NCBI GenBank assembly: GCA_965602455.1 | Contig: CBFCYL010000006.1 | Location: forward strand, 1,385-65,384 | Source of the DNA: an uncultured Thalassospiraceae bacterium | GTDB lineage: Bacteria > Pseudomonadota > Alphaproteobacteria > Rhodospirillales > Magnetovibrionaceae | Length of the DNA: 64,000 nucleotides | Reading direction: 5' to 3' | Shown here: positions 42,924-51,255 of the stretch, one piece after another | How positions within the stretch are numbered: the first letter of the stretch is position 1 | Layout of the letters: the number at the start of each line of letters is the position of its first letter | Program-made: the position numbers and the translations under genes | The notes under the pieces: generated by a model | Told to the model about the DNA's origin: nothing | The model's input: the letters and a program-made list of their open reading frames with translations, nothing else | Database searches by the model: none

Positions 42924-42949
42924 CTCCAGCTACCATTATCAAACCCCCG
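42924..42949 (+). repeat. att-like 26-mer CTCCAGCTACCATTATCAAACCCCCG (copy 1)
   Basis: The first 12 nt equal the tRNA-Met 3' end. The whole 26-mer is identical to 44282-44307. Confidence 0.9.
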
Positions 42950-42953
42950 GTGC

Positions 42954-44198
42954 TTAGGCGTCGGGGGTTTTTTCTTCGCTAACGGCGGCGGCCATGTTAG
43001 CGGCAATCTGGCTGGTTTTGGGAACGGAAATAAAATCTTCCTTGTCTTCGGCCAATACCTTTTTACCAGCCAGCAAACGATGGATTGAAAAAATGCTAAG
43101 TAAAAACGCTACAACAGCGGTGTAGTAAAACAATCCGCCGGAGCCATATTGCGCCATGGCAACGGATGAAACCATCGGCCCCATAACGGCACCAATGCCG
43201 TATGTAACCAGCAAGGCACTGCTGGCCGGGACAAAATCACCGGTTTTAACCCTGTCGTTAACGTGGGCTATGGAAATGGCATAAAGGGGGAAGGCGGCCA
43301 TACCAAACAGCGCACCCGCCAGCAAACGAAGCTCAATCGCCATGTTGCCAGCCAGCGAAAGGGCGATGCTTGTCCCAGCAATGAAAAAGCTGATGGCGAT
43401 AATAACCAGCCTGCGGTCAATGCGATCAGATAATTTTCCCAGTGGCCATTGGGTTATAATGCCGCCCAATATGACGATGGCCATGAATACGGAAATTTCT
43501 TGCGTTAACATTCCAGACTTTTGTGCGTACACCGCACCCATGCCCCAGAACGCACCGTTAATAAGACCAGTGGCAAAACAACCCACCACACCAGCTGGGG
43601 AAATTGCAAAAAGACGGTTTATTGACATTGGTTTTTTTGGTTCTAGGGGTGGCGCTTCACTGCGGGTAAGGGTCAGCGGAACCAACGATAGCGATACCAG
43701 AACAGAAACCAGAATAAACAGGCTACTGCCTTCAGGCGGTGCTGCGTTAAGCAAAAACTGGCTTATGGCAGTAGCGCCCAAGGTAATAACCATATAAGTG
43801 GAAAGTACACTACCGCGGTTGGTGTTGTTGGATGCCTGATTTAGCCAGCTTTCCGAAACAATTATTAACCCAGCCAAACAAAACCCGGTTATGGCCCTGA
43901 GCACCATCCAGGTAAACGGGTCAACAAAAATAGCGTGCACAAGCGTGGCAGCCGAGGCTACGGACGCCAAAGCCGCAAAGGTGCGAATGTGGCCAATGCG
44001 GTTTATCAGGCCGGGGCCAAAAAGTGATCCGCCAATATAGCCGACATAATAAAGCGCCATTATTGCGCCGATCATGGGCAGCGCAAATAATTCTATCCCC
44101 GCGCGCACCCCTAGCAAGGTCGCCTGTAACCCAAAGCCAAGGTTCATGCCAAAAACGGCAAGCAGGAGTGCGGAAATGGTGATTATGGTAGCAACCAT
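42954..44198 (-). CDS. MFS transporter (YcaD/YfkF-like)
   Basis: 12 TM helices and MFS loop motifs (LINRIGHIRTF, GKLSDRIDRR). Confidence 0.8.
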   Translation of the reverse strand: MVATIITISALLLAVFGMNLGFGLQATLLGVRAGIELFALPMIGAIMALYYVGYIGGSLFGPGLINRIGHIRTFAALASVASAATLVHAIFVDPFTWMVLRAITGFCLAGLIIVSESWLNQASNNTNRGSVLSTYMVITLGATAISQFLLNAAPPEGSSLFILVSVLVSLSLVPLTLTRSEAPPLEPKKPMSINRLFAISPAGVVGCFATGLINGAFWGMGAVYAQKSGMLTQEISVFMAIVILGGIITQWPLGKLSDRIDRRLVIIAISFFIAGTSIALSLAGNMAIELRLLAGALFGMAAFPLYAISIAHVNDRVKTGDFVPASSALLVTYGIGAVMGPMVSSVAMAQYGSGGLFYYTAVVAFLLSIFSIHRLLAGKKVLAEDKEDFISVPKTSQIAANMAAAVSEEKTPDA

Positions 44199-44281
44199 CT
44201 GTGCACAGTATCTGTATTAGTGCCGCCGGGTTAGCTGATTCTTATAATCGCAACAAAAGCTCACAAACTGGCGGTAGATCC

Positions 44282-44307
44282 CTCCAGCTACCATTATCAA
44301 ACCCCCG
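44282..44307 (+). repeat. att-like 26-mer (copy 2)
   Basis: Identical to 42924-42949. Followed by an ACCCCCG..CGGGGGT hairpin. Confidence 0.9.
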
Positions 44308-44509
44308 ATTCCTTAAATGGAGCCGGGGGTTTTGTTTGGTTTGTTGGGCGTGCCGCCGCTTTAGGGCGCCTTGCCAGCTTTCTCTGGCGGCGGTGGTTTT
44401 CCCGCCCGCGCCAGCCCCCCAAGGCCGCTATTGGCGTTTGTTCATCGTGCATACATCTAGGCATTAATAATATGTATTTTGGCTGGTTATTCATGATTCG
44501 AGCGAACCC

Positions 44510-45778
44510 ATGACCCCACTGGAACTGTTCGGCTACATCACTTTGGGCATTTTGGCCCAGGTCGCGCTGCTTTCGGCGGTGGCGATTGTGCGTCACATGG
44601 AAGCCTACCAATTCCTGCAACGGTTCCTGTCGGGCCTTGGAATAAGGCCGCCGGAACCCTCGGTCCTAGACACCCTGAAAGACGCCAGTGGGCTTGGCGA
44701 CCCCGGCGCGTGGGATGGTTTGCGGGATTTTCGCGTTACCGACAAGGTTTACGAAGACAAGGACAAAAACATTTGTTCCTTTTACCTTTCACCGGTTGAT
44801 GGCGGCGCGCTTGCCAATTTCCAGCCCGGCCAGTTCCTGACCTTCCAGCTGGATATTCCCGGCAAGGGCAAGGATGGGTCTTTGGTGCGGTGCTATTCGC
44901 TTTCCGATGGCCCGGGCGGCGATGGCTACCGCGTTTCCATAAAGCGGGTTCCGCCGCCAGCGGACAGACCCGATCTTTCGCCGGGGCTTTCAAGCAACCA
45001 TTTTCACGACCACGTCCAAAAAGGAGACGTGCTGAAAGTTCGCGCACCGTCCGGTCATTTTTTCCTCGAACGCGGCTCCGCGCCCGTTGTTTTAATTGGC
45101 GGCGGTATCGGCATAACACCGATGCTGTCCATGTTGGTCGATACCCTAAGCAGTAACAGCAATCGCGAAGTCTGGCTTTTTTACGGGGTCCGCAACAGCA
45201 GCGAACACGCCATGAAAAGCCACATCGAGGCACTTGCGCAAGCGCACGATAATTTTCAACTGCGAGTATGTTACAGCAATCCCAAGCAGTGGGATAAAAA
45301 GGGTGTCGATTACCACCACAAGGGCAGGGTTGATATGGACCTGTTGCGCCTTAGCCTGCCATTGCGGGTTTACGACTTTTATATTTGCGGGCCGCGCCCG
45401 ATGCTGGAAAGCATCGTTCCCGGACTGGAAGACTGGGACGTTCCCGACCAGCACATCCACTACGAAGCCTTTGGCCCGGCGTCCATAAACCGTCGCACAC
45501 AAAAAAAGGAAACATCCGGAGAGGAATTCACTGTGACATTTGCAAAGTCCGGCATTACGGCCGTGTGGGACGGCAGCGAGGATACCTTGCTGGATTTTGC
45601 CGAAAGCAACGGGGTTGAAATTGCATCCGGTTGCCGGGCTGGCGGTTGCGGCAGCTGCGAAACGGAAATAATTGAAGGGGAGGTCACCTATACCCAGTCT
45701 CCTGATTTTGACCCAGATCCGGGGTCATGCCTGCTTTGTGTTTGCTGTCCAAAACAAAACCTGGTGGTAGAGGCATAA
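44510..45778 (+). CDS. Membrane-anchored NAD(P)H:flavin oxidoreductase with C-terminal plant-type [2Fe-2S] ferredoxin domain (FNR-like, PDR/VanB architecture)
   Basis: N-terminal TM helix, RCYSLSD (RxYS flavin motif), VVLIGGGIGITPMLSM NAD(P)-binding motif, and C-terminal CRAGGCGSC..C cluster ligands. Confidence 0.8.
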   Translation: MTPLELFGYITLGILAQVALLSAVAIVRHMEAYQFLQRFLSGLGIRPPEPSVLDTLKDASGLGDPGAWDGLRDFRVTDKVYEDKDKNICSFYLSPVDGGALANFQPGQFLTFQLDIPGKGKDGSLVRCYSLSDGPGGDGYRVSIKRVPPPADRPDLSPGLSSNHFHDHVQKGDVLKVRAPSGHFFLERGSAPVVLIGGGIGITPMLSMLVDTLSSNSNREVWLFYGVRNSSEHAMKSHIEALAQAHDNFQLRVCYSNPKQWDKKGVDYHHKGRVDMDLLRLSLPLRVYDFYICGPRPMLESIVPGLEDWDVPDQHIHYEAFGPASINRRTQKKETSGEEFTVTFAKSGITAVWDGSEDTLLDFAESNGVEIASGCRAGGCGSCETEIIEGEVTYTQSPDFDPDPGSCLLCVCCPKQNLVVEA

Positions 45779-46366
45779 ATGGCAACACCAACCAAATCAT
45801 TGTTACGCCAGGAGGTGCTTCCATTCGTGATGCAGTTTGTTCTGATGATTCTGGCGATACTGGCCGGCGATGAAATTCTGCACCTGTTTGACCTGGTGTG
45901 GCTGGGCCGATTGCTAGGCATTCCGGGCACATTGTTGATTATTTTTTCCCTGCTTTACTCATTGCGCAAGCGCAAGATGATAACCATCGGAAACCCCAAG
46001 GCACTGCTGGGTTTGCATGAAACCTTGACCTGGGCCGGATCGTTTCTGGTTTTGCTGCATGCTGGCCTGCATTTCAATACCGTGTTGCCGTGGCTGGCAA
46101 CCATGTTTCTTGTAATCAATGTGCTCAGCGGCATGATCGGGCAACGCTTGCTCCATCGTTCGCGTATGCATCTCAAGGAAAAGGAGGAACACCATCGCTC
46201 CAGCGGACTAAGCAAGCAGGAAATTGAAAAAAAGATGTTTTGGGATTCAGTCACCTTTGACCTTATGGCCAAATGGCGAGTGGTTCACTTTCCCATATCG
46301 TTTATTTTCGCGATGCTAACGTTCGGTCACATGATAAGCATCTTTTTGTTCTGGGAATGGAAATGA
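45779..46366 (+). CDS. His-rich 5-TM membrane protein (possible b-haem / ferric-reductase-like or DUF4405-like electron carrier)
   Basis: Five hydrophobic helices with intramembrane His (LHLF, LHETLTWAGSFLVLLHAGLH, VHFP..FGHM). The start abuts the upstream stop, and its own stop overlaps the next start (ATGA). Confidence 0.55.
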   Translation: MATPTKSLLRQEVLPFVMQFVLMILAILAGDEILHLFDLVWLGRLLGIPGTLLIIFSLLYSLRKRKMITIGNPKALLGLHETLTWAGSFLVLLHAGLHFNTVLPWLATMFLVINVLSGMIGQRLLHRSRMHLKEKEEHHRSSGLSKQEIEKKMFWDSVTFDLMAKWRVVHFPISFIFAMLTFGHMISIFLFWEWK

Positions 46367-47232
46367 GCAGGTTCATCAAAATATTACTGTTGCTTAACCT
46401 CGCCGTTATTCTGGTGCTGGCTGTTGTATACCCCAGCCTGATGATCAGCCCGGGCCCGGTTATCAAGGGCCATGAGGAATTTTCAACCGACTGCTTCGCC
46501 TGTCACACGCCGCTGCTTGGCGCCCGTTCGGAAAAATGCATTTCATGTCATAAGGTTACTGACATTGGCTTGTTAACAACCAAGGGCAAGCCGGTAGTTA
46601 AAAACAAACCGGCGACTGCTTTTCACCAAAAACTATTGGGTCAGGACTGTGTTGCCTGCCACAGCGACCATGAAGGCGTGATTGTTTTTCGTGAGGTGCA
46701 GAAATTCTCCCACGCGCTTGTTGATGAAAAAACCCTGAAACAGTGTGTTGCTTGTCATAAAATACCAACCGATATGCTGCATAAGTCGGCGCCAGAAGAT
46801 TGCAAAATGTGTCACACCACGGAGAAGTGGAAACCGGCAACCTTCAAGCATGACTTCCTGCCCAAGGAACGGCTTGCTAACTGCAAGTCGTGTCATCTGG
46901 AAAAAACACCCAAGGACAGGGTGCACGATAACGCCTCCAAAGACTGCAAGGTTTGTCACACCACGGACAAGTGGAAACCGGCAACCTTCAAGCACGAATT
47001 GCTGCCCAAGGCCGAGCTCCGGGTTTGTGAGAATTGCCATATCAAGAAAGCGCCCGATGACCGCCTGCACCGCGAATCAACCAAGCGATGCAAGAATTGC
47101 CACACCACTGATAAATGGAAACCGGCCAAGAATATATTCGGCAAATCGCGCTCGCAAAATCCGGTTTCGTCTTCTTCGCCCTTTGACGCCGTCAGCCCCG
47201 GGTGGTGGCTCGACAGGAGCGGTAATGACTGA
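46363..47232 (+). CDS. Nine-haem c-type cytochrome (c3/c7-like multihaem), N-terminally anchored/secreted
   Basis: Hydrophobic N-terminus and nine CxxCH motifs (CFACH, CISCH, CVACH x2, CKMCH, CKSCH, CKVCH, CENCH, CKNCH). Three CHTT[DE]KWKP occurrences, the first two extending to CHTT[DE]KWKPATFKH. Confidence 0.85.
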   Translation: MSRFIKILLLLNLAVILVLAVVYPSLMISPGPVIKGHEEFSTDCFACHTPLLGARSEKCISCHKVTDIGLLTTKGKPVVKNKPATAFHQKLLGQDCVACHSDHEGVIVFREVQKFSHALVDEKTLKQCVACHKIPTDMLHKSAPEDCKMCHTTEKWKPATFKHDFLPKERLANCKSCHLEKTPKDRVHDNASKDCKVCHTTDKWKPATFKHELLPKAELRVCENCHIKKAPDDRLHRESTKRCKNCHTTDKWKPAKNIFGKSRSQNPVSSSSPFDAVSPGWWLDRSGND

Positions 47233-47434
47233 TGTTGGCTGGGCGGGCGTGCGTTTAATTAATGCACCATAATATTTTGTGATAACCATAAGCGGTTCTG
47301 GGCATCAAGGGCCACAATACCACTCCTTTGGCCATCTCTTTTCCGGCCCATGGCGGCTTGGGAGCCGGGGTGAATTTTGCTAAGATACTGAAGGTGCGCC
47401 GCAAACGAACAACGATATGTAAAAAAGGTTGGGT

Positions 47435-49111
47435 ATGGTTGAAATCTTGTCTTTATTGGCAGCCGCTGTAGCAGCCGTGCTTCTGTTTAACCGTTTGGGC
47501 CTTGGTTCGGTGTTGGGCTATCTGGCAGCCGGTGCGGTGGTTGGGCCCGCCGGATTTGCGTTGGTCCAAGACCCTGACAACATGCGCCACATCGGCGAAC
47601 TTGGTGTTGTTTTTTTGCTGTTCCTGATTGGTATTGAAATCAAGCCCAAACGCCTATGGGTTATGCGCCGAATGGTGTTTGGGTTTGGTGGCGCGCAGGT
47701 CCTGATAACGGGTCTGGTGTTGGCTGGCATTACCTACTTCGCCGTTGGCACTAATTATGCCCAATCATTTATTATCGGGTTTGGCCTGGCTCTATCATCC
47801 ACCGCCTTCGGCCTTCAAATTCTCAGCGATGAAAACCAGCTGTCCTCTCGTTGGGGCCGGTCCAGCTTCGCCATCTTGCTGTTCCAGGACCTTGCGGTGG
47901 TTCCATTGATGGTGATTGTGCCAATACTGGCCGCCGACAGTATGAATCTGAGTGAATCCATGGGCCTTGCCGTTCTCGAGGCGGGGTCTATCTTCCTGGC
48001 CGTGCTGGTCGTTGGTCGTTATGCGGTCAACCCGGTGTTGCACGCCATCGCCCGCAGCAGAAATTCGGATGCCTTTGTGGCTGCCGCATTGCTTTTGGTG
48101 CTCGGCTTTGCCTGGGCAATGGAACAAATCGGCCTGTCCATGGCCATGGGAGCCTTCATTGCGGGCGTGATGCTGGCGGAATCACAATATCGCCATCAGG
48201 TCGAGGCCGACGTATTGCCGTTTCGCGGTTTGTTGCTCGGCCTGTTCTTCATGAGCGTCGGCATGACCCTGGATCCGATGGTGCTGGCCGCCAATTGGCA
48301 GGTAATCATTGGTGGCACGGTGGGAATGTTGTTGATAAAGACCGCGCTGATCATTGGCATTGCGCGCATGGCCAAGCTATCGCTTGCGGATTCCTTGCGC
48401 TCCGGGTTTTTGCTGTCGCAGGCTGGCGAGTTTGGCTTTGTGCTGTTTTCTCTGGCTGGTAATCATGGCGTTCTACAAGAGGATTTGATCGCCCCGCTGC
48501 TATCAATAATTGTGCTTTCCATGGCGGTAACGCCGGTGATGGTGCGCATCGGCAGCGCCATTGCAGAACGTAGCGGCGATGGAGAGCCCGACATAGTGGT
48601 GGGCGAGGAGGTGGAGGAGATCCGCCCGGTCCTGATTGCCGGCTTTGGCCGGGTCGGAAAAACGATAGCAAGCCTGCTGAGGGCAGCCAACATTCCATAC
48701 ATTGCCATTGATGCGATTGCAGACAATGTGACGCACGGCAGAAGCGCCGGTCATCAGGTTTTTTTTGGGGATGCCAGTCGACCTGATGTTCTGCGTGCGG
48801 TTGGCGCCAGGCATGCCAGACTGGTGGTGGTGACGCTGGACAATCCAGTCGTGGCAGAGCGACTGATCCACACGATGAACCGCCTGTGCCCCGATGTGCC
48901 CGTACACGCACGGGCACATGACTGGGATGTTGCCGACCGCTTTGAGGCTCTGGGTATTGCTCACTCCATCCCCGATACCGTTGAATCAAGTTTGCGTTTG
49001 GGTGCGGCCACGCTTGAGGCAGCCGGTGTCAGCGTAGAGGATCGCCGTGCTCTGTTCGATGAACTGAGTGCCGAAAACTATGCCAAGCTGCGGGTCCATG
49101 AGACCCAATAG
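47435..49111 (+). CDS. kefB: CPA2 K+/H+ antiporter with C-terminal RCK/TrkA-N domain (KefB/KefC-like)
   Basis: About 12 TM helices (LGYLAAGAVVGP, LLFLIGIEI) and a C-terminal Rossmann VLIAGFGRVGKTIA. I prefer the ATG at 47435 over the TTG at 47429. Confidence 0.85.
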   Translation: MVEILSLLAAAVAAVLLFNRLGLGSVLGYLAAGAVVGPAGFALVQDPDNMRHIGELGVVFLLFLIGIEIKPKRLWVMRRMVFGFGGAQVLITGLVLAGITYFAVGTNYAQSFIIGFGLALSSTAFGLQILSDENQLSSRWGRSSFAILLFQDLAVVPLMVIVPILAADSMNLSESMGLAVLEAGSIFLAVLVVGRYAVNPVLHAIARSRNSDAFVAAALLLVLGFAWAMEQIGLSMAMGAFIAGVMLAESQYRHQVEADVLPFRGLLLGLFFMSVGMTLDPMVLAANWQVIIGGTVGMLLIKTALIIGIARMAKLSLADSLRSGFLLSQAGEFGFVLFSLAGNHGVLQEDLIAPLLSIIVLSMAVTPVMVRIGSAIAERSGDGEPDIVVGEEVEEIRPVLIAGFGRVGKTIASLLRAANIPYIAIDAIADNVTHGRSAGHQVFFGDASRPDVLRAVGARHARLVVVTLDNPVVAERLIHTMNRLCPDVPVHARAHDWDVADRFEALGIAHSIPDTVESSLRLGAATLEAAGVSVEDRRALFDELSAENYAKLRVHETQ

Positions 49112-49198
49112 CCCCCCCCGTTTCTTAAGTGAAGCCGGGGCTTTTGCTTACTTTGATCCCGGTGAAAAATGATAATCTTAATAGACTAGGAATTGTGC

Positions 49199-49223
49199 GG
49201 AACTTTTATCACGCTCAGGCGTC
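49199..49223 (+). promoter_or_regulatory. ECF-type promoter P1 (GGAAC-N16-CGTC)
   Basis: GGAACTTTTATCACGCTCAGGCGTC, 55 nt upstream of the 49278 ATG. Same geometry as P2 and P3. Confidence 0.65.
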
Positions 49224-49277
49224 ATCCCAACTGAACGGCAAGTTACATATGCCACAAAGTTAGCTGGGAGACTGAAA

Positions 49278-49694
49278 ATGAAAATGTTCCATCAATTTAG
49301 CTGGGGGTATTGGTTTGCAACCGCCGTTCTATTGACGGCTGGCCTTACGTATTGGCCCACCGCAATTTCATTGGTTATTGTATTAAATATAGTACAGCTC
49401 GTGCACGTCTTAGCGGCAGCAAAACAATTTACCGCATTTCCGGTTCAGGTTCGGGCTTTTTACCTTGGGCTGTTGCTTTTGGGCACAATCCCGGGACTGC
49501 AGTTTATTCATTGGGTCCAATTCATCGGCACATGGGCAATGGTAATATTTAATTATTGCCCGCTGGCACGGTTCCTTTCCCTTATGCCGTGGAACCGCAA
49601 GGTGCCATTTAGCACGTCACTTGTTATGGCAACAATTTTTACCCCACCGGTTAAGGGAAGCATACTTAAGAAGAGGCCTTCCCACGCTTCGTGA
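49278..49694 (+). CDS. Small 4-TM membrane protein, unknown function (C-terminal part faintly YgaP-TM/DUF2892-like: ..NYCPLARFL..)
   Basis: GGGAG RBS, four hydrophobic segments, own terminator. Confidence 0.5.
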   Translation: MKMFHQFSWGYWFATAVLLTAGLTYWPTAISLVIVLNIVQLVHVLAAAKQFTAFPVQVRAFYLGLLLLGTIPGLQFIHWVQFIGTWAMVIFNYCPLARFLSLMPWNRKVPFSTSLVMATIFTPPVKGSILKKRPSHAS

Positions 49695-49737
49695 TTTTTA
49701 TCCAAATATATATTTCAATCAATTTTGCATCATATCC

Positions 49738-49777
49738 GCTGCCGAAGATCATTAACATGGTCTTCGGCAGTTTTTTT
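49738..49777 (+). terminator. Rho-independent terminator
   Basis: GCTGCCGAAGA-loop-TCTTCGGCAG followed by TTTTTTT. Confidence 0.8.
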
Positions 49778-49796
49778 ATTTTTTTCAATTTTTGTG

Positions 49797-49821
49797 GGAA
49801 CTTTTTTCCCGCACGTGCGTC
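49797..49821 (+). promoter_or_regulatory. ECF-type promoter P2 (GGAAC-N16-CGTC)
   Basis: GGAACTTTTTTCCCGCACGTGCGTC, 62 nt upstream of the DsrE-like gene. Confidence 0.65.
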
Positions 49822-49882
49822 ATCACTACCATAGGGGCCGTATTGGCCGAACCGTAATATTAAATAAATTTAGGAGATTGTT

Positions 49883-50239
49883 ATGTCTGATAAAATTCTT
49901 GTTAATTGTGCCGCCACGTCTGATGAAGTTGAACAGGCAACCGTAACCTTTATCGTTGCCAACGCATCACTTGCTGATGATAACGAAACTGCAATTTTTC
50001 TGACCAACGATTCCGTAAGCCTTGTCACCAAGGGTGGAGCCGATGGTGCCCAGGCAAATGGCCACGAGCCTATCAGCAGCTATATTACGCAGTTTGTTGA
50101 AAACGGCGGCAAGTTGTGGGTTTGTCCGGCATGCGCCAACCCGCGCGGCATTAAGCCCGAAGACCTGATCGAAGGTGCTGAATTGCTGGGTGCTCTTCCA
50201 ATGATCCAGTACGCCAAAACCGCAACCAGCATCTTTTAA
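49883..50239 (+). CDS. DsrE/DsrF-like sulfur-relay family protein
   Basis: 118 aa with the family-typical layout and a WVCPACANPRGI Cys motif. TAGGAG RBS. Confidence 0.65.
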   Translation: MSDKILVNCAATSDEVEQATVTFIVANASLADDNETAIFLTNDSVSLVTKGGADGAQANGHEPISSYITQFVENGGKLWVCPACANPRGIKPEDLIEGAELLGALPMIQYAKTATSIF

Positions 50240-50273
50240 TCAACCTGCCTAAGTTTGAATCCGGAGAAGTAAA

Positions 50274-51068
50274 ATGAACATTCTAACAGAAAGTAAGTCA
50301 CGTGAACTTGACCGCGTTTCACTCGAAATTCAGGTTAAGGATATGTACCAAAAGGTTGCTACAAATCCGCACGGTGAATTTCATTTTGAAATGGGCCGTG
50401 CACTGACGGAAAGGCTCGGTTACCCTGTTCAGGATCTTGATGTAATTCCTGCGGAAGCTATCGAATCTTTTGCCGGTGTTGGGTATTACTTTGATCTGGC
50501 AGAATTACAACATGGTGAAACCGTTGTTGATCTTGGCAGCGGCTCCGGAACGGATGCCTTTGTTGCTGCATTAAAGGTTGGTAGCAAAGGAAAAGTTATC
50601 GGTTTTGATATGACCGATGAACAACTGGCAAAAGCCAACAGACTTCGCGATATTGATGGCTTTTCCAATGTTGAATTTCGCAAGGGCTACATTGAAAAAA
50701 TTTCATGTGAAGACGGCAGTGTTGATGCGGTTATCAGTAACGGCGTTATCAACCTGTCAGCTGATAAAGCCGCTGTATTTAACGAAATCGTGCGCGCGCT
50801 AAAGCCTGGTGGACGCATGGTCATTGCCGATATTGTTACCGAGCACCATCTACCAGAAGGCATCACCTGCGATGCCGACTTGTGGGCAGCGTGCATTGGC
50901 GGTGCCATGCAGGTGGTGGATTACCAAGCGGCAATCGAAGCCGCAGGCCTTGAGGTGGTTTATATTCGCGATAATTATAAATATCATTTCATATCCGACG
51001 GTGCTAATTCTGCGACCGAAAAGTGGGGGGTGAAGAGCATTTCGCTTTTGGCCGCTAAACCCGCCTGA
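50274..51068 (+). CDS. ArsM-like class I SAM methyltransferase, paralogue 1 (substrate unknown)
   Basis: VKDMYQKVA.., ESFAGVGY, VVDLGSGSGTDAF motif I, VISNGVINLSADK, LKPGGRMVIADIV. Collinear with arsenite methyltransferases but lacks two of their Cys residues. Confidence 0.7.
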   Translation: MNILTESKSRELDRVSLEIQVKDMYQKVATNPHGEFHFEMGRALTERLGYPVQDLDVIPAEAIESFAGVGYYFDLAELQHGETVVDLGSGSGTDAFVAALKVGSKGKVIGFDMTDEQLAKANRLRDIDGFSNVEFRKGYIEKISCEDGSVDAVISNGVINLSADKAAVFNEIVRALKPGGRMVIADIVTEHHLPEGITCDADLWAACIGGAMQVVDYQAAIEAAGLEVVYIRDNYKYHFISDGANSATEKWGVKSISLLAAKPA

Positions 51069-51091
51069 TAACCAGCAATATTAACAAAAAA

Positions 51092-51124
51092 ACCGCCGGG
51101 GCCGATAAAACCTCGGCGGTTTTC
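51092..51124 (+). terminator. Rho-independent terminator
   Basis: ACCGCCGGGG-loop-CCTCGGCGGT followed by TTTC. Confidence 0.7.
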
Positions 51125-51170
51125 TAATTATATCAAGTAGTTATGGCACGAAAAAATTTATCTAAAACAG

Positions 51171-51195
51171 GGAACTTTTTCCGCCAGTTTGCGTC
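51171..51195 (+). promoter_or_regulatory. ECF-type promoter P3 (GGAAC-N16-CGTC), likely autoregulatory
   Basis: GGAACTTTTTCCGCCAGTTTGCGTC immediately upstream of the sigma factor gene. Confidence 0.7.
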
Positions 51196-51255
51196 TAACT
51201 TGGTATGGGGAACGTATATTCAGCGCTGAGCATTGATATCGCGGGGGCAGGGTGC

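Noticed and set aside
44297-44620. 107-aa minus-strand ORF and 88-aa plus-strand ORF (44201-44467) across the att-like repeat and the leader of the reductase gene.
   Set aside because: They span a repeat/hairpin and intergenic sequence. They have no RBS and no recognisable features, and they overlap the start of the reductase gene.
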